DNA from: Fistulifera solaris
Lineage: Eukaryota
Reading direction: 5' to 3'
Assembly: GCA_030295235.1 (NCBI GenBank)
Contig: AP026129.1
Span: forward strand, 868,001 to 932,000
DNA length: 64,000 nt
Shown: piece by piece, positions 1-10,563 of the stretch
Position numbering within the stretch: the first letter of the stretch is position 1
How the letters are laid out: the number at the start of each line of letters is the position of its first letter
The notes under the pieces: generated by a model
What the model saw: the letters and a program-made list of their open reading frames with translations, nothing else
What the model was told of the DNA's origin: nothing
Database searches by the model: none
Program-made: the position numbers and the translations under genes

Positions 1-193
1 CAAGCCACAGAAACAAGGGACAAGTCGTCCGAATCGTATTTGTGGACATTCGTTTATTCGTGTATTCAAGCAACAGTAGTAAAAAAATTAAACTGCAGAC
101 CATGCTGTGAAATTGAGACTGGATTTTAGTATAACAGACTACAAATAAATTCCAAGTACTGTACAAAAGTCCTAATCCCAACGCCCAATTGAT

Positions 194-760
194 CCGAGAC
201 CCGAGACCCGAGATCCAAGATCTTTGTTTCTCCGTTCTCCGTTCTCCGCCCCCGCCCTCCGCCTCCCGCCTCCTATCCCCGATTGTCGATTGTACTCGAG
301 TAAAAGAGTTTCGTATCGGGGCACTGTACAAGTACTTGTATTGTTGCTTAAGAACCATCAAACCTCAAAAAACAAACTAGTACGAACTCGTTAAAATCGG
401 TGGTCGCAGTGGAAGTTAACGTGGGACCGGTAGTCTCTCAACGACGTAGACTGACTTTATCGTAAGTTATGTCATTTACCTCGTAATCTCTTAAGTCGTA
501 CCTTGCTAAGTTGTAAGTTTTCGTGGACGATGTCAAACCGTCAACAAACCTAACCTCTAACCTATAACCGAAAGGAAGAACAAGAGTCAGTTTTGCACTT
601 GGACTTTCGACTTCGACGTGCGGTTCCTACAGCCAACAGTCAACAGTACTAGATCTTCGGACAAATATCATTATCGTGTAACGTGTATCGTGCCTATGAA
701 CGTCTAACATTATAGCGGTCTACTTGTCCGTTGCTATGCGTCTCAAGTCTCAAGTCTCAA
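194..760. repeat. Cluster of unrelated 7-bp tandem micro-repeats
   Basis: CCGAGAC-like x4 (194-221), TTCTCCG x3 (228-248), CTAACCT-like x3 (550-570), CAACAGT x2 (634-647), TATCGTG-like x3 (672-692), GTCTCAA x3 (740-760). Confidence 0.8.
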
Positions 761-893
761 CGCCAGCGCAATACCGTACAAGTACAAGCCATTTATACTC
801 CGCAAAAGTTATCGCCTGACCTCCCGAATGCCGATGGGCTGCTACTTGTAAAATTTCGATCAGATAATCCGCATTTTTAGGACAGAAAGGACA

Positions 894-1917
894 ATGGAGA
901 AGCAAAAATCCGACAAAGCACGAACAAAGACCGGCCCTAAGCGCCCCATGAGCGCCTACAATTTCTTTTCAAAGAAGAAAAGACCAAATGGCTCAACGAA
1001 AACAAAAAAGGGGTAATGGACGACGGGCAGTCCGGAAGCCGATTCAAAGGTGCGTGCGGACGAGTTGCCGAACGCGTTTGGCTGCTCGCATGCGACTAAC
1101 TATTTCGGTTGTTACAGCTATGACAAATGCTGTCAGTAGTAAATGGAAGACATTATCGGAGGAGGAGAAAGCTCCGTTCGTGAAAATGGCCGAAGAAGCG
1201 ATGAAGGAGTACAGAAAGATAAAATCAGCATTCAGCGAGAAGACCCTCGAAGATGCAAAACTTTTGCAATCGACAAGAAAGAGGAAAGCAGAAGCTCAAC
1301 CTGGCAGCCTAGACACAGAAATTCAGCAAAGCCAAAACGCCCAACCGCAGCAAAGGTCCACGTTCTCGGCATCTCAGCACGCCACTTCCCCGTCATTGCC
1401 GCTGGGAATTTCCTCGCTGGGCCTAAACCCGGGTCTGCTACCACAGATTGAGCGTCCAGAGAGCGCCCTGCAGTTTCTTCCGTTTTTCTCCACAACGAAT
1501 CCCCAACAAAGCGATCTATTTTCTAGATTGCGGTTTAGCAACCCGCAAAGTGTAGCCATGCCTCCATTTCTTCCCGTCCCTAGCAACCATCAGCCATCTG
1601 TTGCTCCAACAATGTTACAGGTCCCAGCCAATTCTAGCCAGGCAGCCCTACTGTTACAGCTTAATGCTCTGGAACAACAAACATACAGAAGACAGCTGGT
1701 CGATAACATGCAGCTTTTACAAAATCGTCAAGAACTTGAACTTGCTAATCGATTGAGAGAGAGTAACATGTTGAGACAGCTGCTCGCAAACCGTCCTGCT
1801 GACGCGGAGCTGCTTCCTAGTGGAAGCGCCGTGAGCGTTTTGGAAGAAATCTTGAGAAATAACGCGACCAATTTGCCCAATAACTCTGATATTCCACGAA
1901 ATAGTCGACAACCCTGA
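894..1917 (+). CDS. HMG-box transcription factor with Q/P/L-rich C-terminal region
   Basis: ATG 894 gives PKRPMSAYNFF. Restoring one T in the run near 968 continues as FKEEKTKW...RFK. Intron 1050-1117 (GT..GACTAAC..TACAG) joins to AMTNAVSSKWKTLSEEEKAPFVKMAEE, completing an HMG box. Confidence 0.85.
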
Positions 1918-1974
1918 TATTGTTGAAATAATGGATCCGCATGGGAACAATGATAAGGATAGATATCCATCATA

Positions 1975-2804
1975 TTAGATTTCAAAGAATGTCGACGTAT
2001 CCTCCTCTTCAGTAGAAGTTTTCCCATCCGCGTCTTCTTCGTCATCGGCCAGGCCTCTAGCACCAGCTGCGGCCAATTGGGCAGCGGCATGCAATGCCTC
2101 TTGTGCCGTGGTCACACCCAAGGGATTGTGCACGAGGGCGGCTGAAGCATTCGATTTACCGAACGATTCTGCCGCAGCTACCGCCGCTTCAATCGCTGCT
2201 GGGTCCAGATGCACGGTTGGGTCTTCTTCCTGCTTCATATTTTCCAGCATTTTCTTGTTTTCTCGTCGATACCTCATGCGGCGCCATATATTCTTCCGTA
2301 GCAACCAGTCGTGCCCTTCACGGCCCTTGATATACTTTTGATTGTACTGCCAACGAGGACGAACGCGAATGAGACAATAATAGCTGCACACCGTTACGCA
2401 ACGCACACAGATAACTTGAAATTACCACAAATTCTTCTCCGTCTTTCAATTCCATCCATACTCGATAAGAACGTGTCGCTTCCACAGCTGGTCCATCCAT
2501 TTCACTGGCCACCTGCTCATCGGATTGAGGGTAAGTAGAGACTCGGTGTCTTTTTTTTAGAAGGATTTCGTTTTGCACGAGCTTGTTTCAAGACGGTATG
2601 ATCCCGTATGTTATTTCTACGTGCGATCATGATGCGTCTCATGAGCCGCTCCTCGTCTTCTTCTTGGCCCTTTACAAATTCGCGGCACGCGTATCGCAAG
2701 CGCTGTCCAATTTCAAGCTGCTCCCACTTAATGAACGTTGGAGACTGTCGGATGACATGTTCATCAAAATCGGTGGGCCGAGGGCCCATTCTTGGACCGG
2801 GCAT
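1975..2804 (-). CDS. Hypothetical protein with two copies of a short W/Y/R-rich helical module
   Basis: Starts MPGPRMG at 2804. Frameshift in the T8 run at 2551-2558 and intron 2425-2347 join three track ORFs. [29 protein letters not shown] resembles [27 protein letters not shown]. Confidence 0.7.
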
Positions 2805-3368
2805 GTTTTCAATATACAAGCTCGTGCTAATGTTCGTAAAATAGCTGAGCCAAAGAACCTGCCGTGGATTAAGAGAACGAAAAACGAAGTCAGACGTGGA
2901 ACATGGTGCTGAATTGAGTAACAGCGATAAGGCTTGCAATGTGTGACGAACAGCGCCCTTTTCTCATTACTGTAATTCGATTTATTTTCAAATTTTAAAA
3001 TCGTCAAAAGGTTATCAGTTTGGTTATTAGTCTTACCTCTTATTAGGTTCTTAGTCAATGGGTTTCAGTTTGAGCTTTGCACTGTTTGCAGTTGCGATGT
3101 GGTCACTGGTCACTGCAAATTCGCCGTGCTGCTCTTCTTCCGGGTTACGCTCAACAATCGAAATCGAAAAGAATCCCTGTGCCTGTCGCAGCAGCAATCA
3201 CCAGTACTACGTAGTAATAGAAAAGGTCCTCAGCCTCAGGGCTTTTTCAAGACTCCTCTATTGCATGTTGTTCGTCCTTCGTATTAGGTATCTCAACGTA
3301 ATTGTCAAGTGTAACTTATTAATTAGTAAATCAAAATGAAAATGTACCTATTTCATTTATCTTGTATT

Positions 3369-4526
3369 TCAAAACCCGCAATCATCAATGAATTCATGCA
3401 ATTCATGATCAATACCGGATCGGGTGTTGCACTGCATGCCGATATCTAAGCTGATAATGTGATGAAGCCATACGTGAGGTAGGTACAATACTTGACCCGC
3501 TTTCAACACAACCTCGTGACTCTGCGCCTGCAGATACTCCGGATACTCTTCTACATTGGGATCGCCCCAGTCAATTGTAGAATGATGAGCCAATGGATGG
3601 TCTGAAAATACCAATGTGGATCTTTTGGGGAAGTAAGCCTCGACTTAGCTTTTCGCAGCCAATTTGCAAATGTCATTCAAACAAGCTTTGTTGGTCGATG
3701 CGTTTCATTGGCCTCTTGGATTGATTGAAGCTTCGAAGACTTCAGGTGACGGGGTGGTGCGTGACAAAGAAAGTTGTTGGTCAAGCTGAGTTCGGTTTGA
3801 TGCGGTACATCACCCAACAAGCGATTCATGTGACGAGGAATGCTCCATCGTGCGACTGTTTTAAAAACAGCCGGATCATTTTCGACGATGAAAGGGAGAC
3901 GGGCGTCTCGGTACGCGATGGCCTTGCTACAATCACCCTGCTAATCAAAAATGCAGAGAGAATTGTGATTTAAAAACACTTGATTTCCCTCTTTATCAAC
4001 GAAAGATGGCGGATCGATATCGTTTGCTGGGGATTTATATAATATTACAGTAGTTTCCCAAGTGAACGAATAGCCAGGTGGTGGATTATCAGGACAGTTT
4101 TAAACATTGTAATTTGCACCGTCGTATGCTTTGAAATCTCTCTTTAACTTCCATATGTCTTTTAGTTCCTCTTCAAGGTTCAAGAGTCTTCGAGATACTC
4201 ATTGACATCTTTTCGCAAATGCGCGTAGGTGTTTGACAAATCACCGACATGCTCGGAAGCATCCGGTATCTTGTAAATTGGGTTCCATGGCAGTGTGTCA
4301 TCATCCAGGTGATCATTCGGAGAAGGGGACTTGTGCGCGATTGCAAAGTGCGAAGACCCTTGTAGAGTCCGAGTCCAGCTACCAAGAACAATATCCGGCT
4401 CGATCCTGACTTATTGCGCTATTTGATGACTTTAATGAATCGCGTCCTGCGTCTCCTCTTATCGTTATCGTAGACGCCCTCTGAAGAGTCGCTAGTTTCA
4501 TATTTCGCGCCAACAAGTCGTTGCAT
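3369..4526 (-). pseudogene. Decayed paralog of the type II membrane JmjC/cupin gene at 12873-14362
   Basis: Collinear similarity by eye: LPWNPIYKIPD vs LPWNRIYRIPD, LPFIVENDP vs LPFIVINDP, MQCNTRSG..DCGF. In-frame stops near 4100, 3942 and 3678, frameshifts, and a jump from PHWYF directly to DHPLAHHSTIDW. Confidence 0.85.
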
Positions 4527-4996
4527 GGTGAGCTGGTTTAATGTGCTGGCGATCTAGTTATTGGATGTACCGTGATTGTGGCGATTTCAAGCGATCTCAA
4601 TTATCCGCTGAGATGAAGTGTTCGTGTGTTGTTCCAGTTGTGTGAGGAATGAGATTGCCGATGCCGAAAATCGGATGACACCACTGTCCACGTCACAACG
4701 GCCCTAAGTAACCCCAATAGTCCTTAATTTCAAACTATAAAGCTTGATTACTTAGAGCGTTAAGGGTATGACAGATAGGCAAAAGCCTCTAAATATGTTT
4801 TTGGCTTCTATGACCACAATCCAACGGATATCGCTTCGAGCCGTTGTTCATTAGATCGGACTTTTCGATTTTGACGATCGTATCTTCCCACCGGAAACGT
4901 TCACTTTTTTAATCGATTTCCAATTTCCAACTGGATACCGATTTCACTTTATAGATCATAAAAATAGACCAGATCAACCTACATTCAACGTTTGCT

Positions 4997-5839
4997 ATGA
5001 CTGAATCAACGAAAGATTGGAAGAAGATCCTCAGCAGCCCATGGCCTCTCATCGGAACTTGGTGGGTCGCCGGCATCCTCTCCATCCTCATTCCGTTCTT
5101 TGTTTGGAGGAGTGAGAAGCAAGCCTTCTACTCCACTTATGGACAGGCGATCGAGTATGAAAACGAACAACGTGCATATCAAGAGGCCCAAAATGCAAAT
5201 CAGCAGAACCAGAACGACGATTATCAAGAGATGCAGAGTTGGAACTGCGGCTGGTGGCAGTTCCGATGCCGCAACAACCGTTACACTTACATGAAGGCCT
5301 ACGGTGATAATGGCAACGGTGAACGCATGGGTGTCTACACTCCTAGCTGGTACAATTACTTGGGCGGCAAGTATGATGATATTGCGAGTCGTGACCGTGA
5401 AGCCCTGGGGATGGATTCGTCGGTTGAAAACTCCGAAGCCCTCCGCTTTGTCTACACGTGGTCAGTTCTCCTTTTCGTGGCAATTTTGGGTTACGGAAGT
5501 TACGTCTTTTACAAACGCCAACCTCTTTTGACGTTGAATGTTATGATGGGTCTGGTTTGGCAGTACGCATTGCTTGTAATGATTTTAATGCCTCAAGGTA
5601 TTATCAGTACCGAAGAAAGAGACTTGGAGCGCAATGTCTACGGATGGTACGGACAGATGGGCGTTCTTATGGTCTACTTCAGCTCAGCACAGTTGGTCTT
5701 CTGCCCCTGTATGGTATTGATGACCTGGATCAAGTGCATGCTTGAAAAACGACTTGGAGAAGTCAAGAAAGACGAAGAAGACGATTCCATGAACTACCAC
5801 CCTGCTGTCGACAAACCTTACGTTGGAGTTAGTCCGTAA
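4997..5839 (+). CDS. Multi-pass membrane protein of unknown function (about 4 TM, Y/N/Q-rich loop with CGWWQFRC)
   Basis: Intact 280-aa ORF with hydrophobic segments flanking a polar loop. Confidence 0.75.
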   Translation: MTESTKDWKKILSSPWPLIGTWWVAGILSILIPFFVWRSEKQAFYSTYGQAIEYENEQRAYQEAQNANQQNQNDDYQEMQSWNCGWWQFRCRNNRYTYMKAYGDNGNGERMGVYTPSWYNYLGGKYDDIASRDREALGMDSSVENSEALRFVYTWSVLLFVAILGYGSYVFYKRQPLLTLNVMMGLVWQYALLVMILMPQGIISTEERDLERNVYGWYGQMGVLMVYFSSAQLVFCPCMVLMTWIKCMLEKRLGEVKKDEEDDSMNYHPAVDKPYVGVSP

Positions 5840-6035
5840 GAAGGGCAATCAATGTTTGTGAATTCAACCATTGAATGCAGTTGTAGTAAAACTGGTATTT
5901 GATAAGTCCTGAATGAATGTATTTTTTAAATGAACCAACATGTTTCGTAAACATCAATTTGCATAAAGCTTTATGATGTCGATTCTCGGATCACTATTTC
6001 CTAAAACTAACTGATAAAAGTACGAGAACAATTTC

Positions 6036-7911
6036 TCACTTCCTAGCTTCATCTTTTCGGCTCATTGTCTCTAACATGGCCGCAAAGGCTGCTTCTTCGT
6101 ACAGTTTCGCCGCATCTTTCTGCTGGCCCTCGGGTTCTGGAATACCCATCCAGACTTGGCCAAGCTGCTTAACGGCAGCGGATCTCTGCTTTCTCGTTTC
6201 GGCGTCCACACTTTTATCGAAAAAGACCATTTTGCATGTTTCATGCAGCGTCGCCGTAATGTCCACAACCGTGGTTGTCCACAGAATGCGTAACATGATA
6301 GCATGCGCTTGCTCTTGCAAGGACTTGGCGATTTCCTCCTTTTCCTCATCCGTCTGGGCTGATTGCATCTTTCTCTCAGCTTCCATTTTCATGTGCATCA
6401 TATCAAATCCAGCGCGAAGCTTTTCCAAATCAGTATCCTGGGCAGCCTTTCGCTTCTCAAATGCTGCATTCTGACGGGCAGCCCATTCGCTAAGTTTGGG
6501 CAGTCCATATCCATTCTCGATAGATCCTTCATTCATGGTACCGGCCAAGTTGTAAATCTATACAGAATTTAAAACGTTCCATGAGACAAGAACTCTTGAG
6601 AATATCCAACATTTGCGTCATCTACTATACCTTTCCGATCGTGGTGACAAGCTGATAACCATAGCTTGTTTTCGACAACTCAATGGCCTCATTCTTCCAT
6701 TCGTCTTCAATGACTTCAGTACTGCCTCCGACTTTGCGACTCTCTACCCACTTTTCTACACGAGTAGCGAGCTTGAGAGCCAGACGAACCACACGACGCT
6801 TTTGTAATTTCCGAGCTGTTGTGATGCTAATTTTGTGTGTGTCACCCACGGACGCCGACGTCGCTGTTGCGAACCGTCCAGTGAAATCATGAAATTTGTC
6901 AGAACCAAATAAAAACGCGTACAAAAGAGCAGGATCCATGTTGGACGCATCAGCGCCGGCCAGATCGGTTTTGTCGGCGCTCAGTCCTTGTTTGCCCACC
7001 TTGTCGTACCGTTCTCTCAATGTTTCGTCGCTGAGAACTTGATAGGCTTCGGCGACTTCTTTGAACTTGTCCGCTGCCTCCTTATCATCTGTTCCGACTT
7101 TATCGGGATGGTATTTTCGGGCCAGCAGGTAGTATTGCCGTTTGATGGCTGATGGCGTGGCGTCGACGGGCACCTCGAGAGCATCATAATAACTCATGTC
7201 TTTCACTTGACCTTCGTTCTTTCCTTCACGAATACTGGCATCGAGTTCTTTCTGAAACATTTCCAAGATATCACTATCATCGTCAGGGACGCCTTTCAAT
7301 GTAGAGGCTTCTTCGGCGGGAAGATCTGTCAAAACCCACTTTCCTTCGTGTTCATTCCACCATTTCCCTTGACGAGGCGCCACGATACTTTCTGGAGTGG
7401 CAATAATACCCCGAGCGACCTGCGAAACTGCTGACACCGCTCCTATTGAATTTTGAAAACGTCAGCGAATACTGGAACTAGAATCATAAGCGGCAATAAA
7501 GAAACGTACCTCCAAGCGCCATGGCCGCAGCTCCCACAGCGCCAACTAGGGCACCTCCTGTCACGCCAATTATTCCTCCTAGCAGCCGCAATTTTCACCG
7601 GTACATCGTTTTATAGTCATAGCCGTTTTCAATACCAGGTGGCGTTAGTGGACCGACAAAACGAGCGCAATACTTTTTGGAACGTCTCTCCACTTACCTA
7701 ACAAGCCTCCCTGACGTAAACCGACCGCAAGTCCCATGGTGGGAGCTAGCACTGCGATACCGGCTGCGCCGACGGCGCCTGTCACGATATTCGACGCGCC
7801 AGAGACGACGCCTTCTTTCAAGCCTTTCGGTTGTCGTGCTTGCAAGATGGCCGCGAGTTGCTCGGCGGCCTGCTCGCGCTCGCGTTTGAGTTCTTCGGGA
7901 CTTTTGTTCAT
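6036..7911 (-). CDS. DnaJ protein with C-terminal DnaJ-X domain and N-terminal Gly-rich hydrophobic hairpin (4 exons)
   Basis: J domain YYDALEV...KYHPDK...FKEVAEAYQVLSD. X-domain-like text LQKRRVVRLA and LWTTTVVDITATL. GT-AG introns at about 7697-7579, 7509-7443 and 6630-6559. Confidence 0.9.
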
Positions 7912-8589
7912 GATTGTCGTTCGTACTGATAAAAAACCAATGTGTTAGTCTTTTGTGCTTATTATTGCGAATCCTTTCTATGAAGGAGTCGGACGAAATT
8001 ATTTCGCGCGTTACAATTTTGAGGCATTATCTTCTGGCCTTAGCGCAATTTCCTCTGTTTTTGGGTTCGGGTTGGTGGACTTGACTATCTCGCGCGTAAT
8101 TATGTTGTAGAAGTGACAAATCACATGACTCAGATACAATGCAGTCCCGGAAACCGCTGTACATTTTAATTTTCTGTCAACTTGACAATCACCTTTGCCG
8201 AAAGCTAATCTTTTTTTAGAGAAGAAGAGGCTATTTCTGTTGGTGCTGTCATGATACCTGGTAACTGACTTCGTGGGAAGATGGGATGTGCCCTATAAAT
8301 CTAGCCTGTACCGTTTAGTGTTCACTTCATGTCGCATGACTCACGTTTCACAAATACATGATAACGATAGCGCAGCTACTAGAGTCCCCCCGTATTATTC
8401 ATGAAACCCAAAGAACGGGACGAGGATCGAAAATTCTGATTTATAAATGAATTTGCTCATTTATAACACAGCAAACGAAGATGAGATCCTTGAATACGGA
8501 GCTGAGCGGAAAGCTGAAGCAATCCAAACGCAACATCGATTCTTCAGCGCGAGTTCTATCAATCGAAATCTCCGTATACATTTTCTGTT

Positions 8590-9256
8590 TCAAGTTGATA
8601 GCTCTACGATCTCCTTCACGCTATGATTGTAAGATAAACATTGATGGCTTACTACACATTTCATAAGCAACCTGCAATCGCGAATAAAGCGCCAAATTCG
8701 TGACAATTCGTTCAAGCCTTCACCTTTTTTCTTTTGAGGCAGCGAAGATTGGGGCTCTTCATGTCGTTCTCGAAACACTTTTCCTCGTTTGCGCTCGCTC
8801 TTCTCTTTCGTTAGGTCTTCCATCATTTCTTGCACTCCCCGCACCCGAATTTCTTCCTCTTCACTGAGTGCAACCCCATCTTTGACTTTTTGGGCCAGTT
8901 CCTCCGGTAAAACATCGTATCCCCTTTCTTTTCCTTCCTCATATGAGATGAATTCGTCTTGTTCGACAAAGGAATACAGCGTTTCGACGTCGTCATGTCC
9001 GTAGTGATATACCAAGTGTGCTAAATTGGCGAGCTTCTTTTTTCTTTTTAGCGTCCCCGAACAGATTGTACCAGTAAATGTCACGTACTGGTTTGGGAGG
9101 TACATCAAAGGGGTTAACAATTAGTATCGGTACAATTTCGTCTTCATCGAATTCACTGGGGCAAAAGCCAATTACCCCAAACATGTCTTTCACGTTGTCG
9201 GGTAGTTCGCTCAGTGTCTTTTCTCGTTCCTTTTCGAACCTATCTTGCTCCGTCAT
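8590..9256 (-). CDS. Hypothetical protein, PWWP-like; frameshifted
   Basis: Two track ORFs join across the A run near 9045: PILIVNPFDVPPKPVRDIYW...HLVYHYG. The true stop may be near 8712 if a second homopolymer indel exists. Confidence 0.6.
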
Positions 9257-9662
9257 AATGACCGTTATTGTGTAGATGGAATATACTTCTCGTCAAATGA
9301 GAAACAGCAGCAACGATTGTTGTTGGTTGTGAAAAAAGCTTTGTTGGATATCAATGTTACCGCATGAAACAAAACATGCAGAGCGCGAGGCTATCATTTT
9401 CTGTTTTTGCCATCTGCGCCTGCGCGGTATCATCATGGTATCTTCTTCCGCGTAGATAGTTAGTACCAGTGTGAGGTGCACGGCCCTAAACAAAGAGTCA
9501 GTTGTCACGCGGTGCGCCTGCACGCAACTTAGCGCCCGCAGCAAGAAACCCGCTTCGATGGACCTATCTCCGTTCATCGCAATATTCCGATGACAATAAA
9601 CCCAGCCATTCTGCAATATATCTTAAAAGATCAAACGTTTTCCTTCTCCAGTAACGAGGATT

Positions 9663-10064
9663 ATGTTCAATCTCGTCAGATCGCTCACGACAGCCGCTTT
9701 CGTGACTCTGAGCAGTCATCCTTCCAACTCCTACTATTCAACGTCGCGTCTTTTTCGAACTACCACCATCATGCCCGCTCTTCCCGACAAAATTACCGTT
9801 CTCGAATATGCTTACGTCCCGGATGTTTTAGAAAAGCGTGGTCCCTTTCGTGCCGAGCATTTGGAATTAGCACAGTCGCTGATTGCGCAAGATCGCTGTC
9901 TCGCCGGTGGGCCGTTCACGGACGGCGGTAATCCACTCGGTGCTTACTTCTGGTTCACCTCGGACGAAGCAGCGCGAGAATTTGTTGCCAAGGATCCGTA
10001 CGTGACCAATGGAATTGTGACGGGACACAAAATCTACGAATGGAGTGTCGTCGTGCAAAAGTAA
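9663..10064 (+). CDS. YCII-related domain protein with N-terminal transit peptide
   Basis: LEKRGPFRAEHL, AGGPF and FVAKDPYVTNGIV are YCII-family motifs. S/T/R-rich leader. Confidence 0.85.
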   Translation: MFNLVRSLTTAAFVTLSSHPSNSYYSTSRLFRTTTIMPALPDKITVLEYAYVPDVLEKRGPFRAEHLELAQSLIAQDRCLAGGPFTDGGNPLGAYFWFTSDEAAREFVAKDPYVTNGIVTGHKIYEWSVVVQK

Positions 10065-10563
10065 ATGTCGAAGAAAGTTGGGAGATGTTTGTTCCCGATG
10101 ATGATTCGCACTTTAACTAATGAAGATTTGTTGATAAAAATCGAACAGCAGCAGCAGCTAAAACGTTTGTGTTAACAAATGAAAATGAAATTCTCTATTT
10201 GCTTTTTTACAAGAAGGTAAAACACCTTGGCTTTCAAGTAGTCTAGATTTCAGAAGTAAATCGTTAAGTGATGCATTGCAAATAAAGTTTACGAGGCATT
10301 TTTGCAATTTAGTGTTGTTCTGTATCGGCTTTTGGATCTGAACCGACTGACTTTGACGCAAGAAGCTCCAAAAGCGAACTTCATATTTTTCCCCTGACTG
10401 AAGTTCAGTCGTGGAAAAAGGTGACCTAAACCCTTTTTTTAAACATGTCCTTGGTACCGGTGCGGTACCATACTCTAGTATAGAGATTTTAACGAGACAA
10501 AAATGAAGAAAGAATGATGCCATTTTTTGCATTTGTGCTGTTTCGCTTGCGTGAGCAATTAGA

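Noticed and set aside
189..380. 63-aa ORF in the repeat-rich start of the window
   Set aside because: Non-ATG start, and the translation is produced by micro-repeats.
548..570. TAACC-like repeats as telomeric sequence
   Set aside because: Only three degenerate 7-mers are present, not a CCCTAA array.
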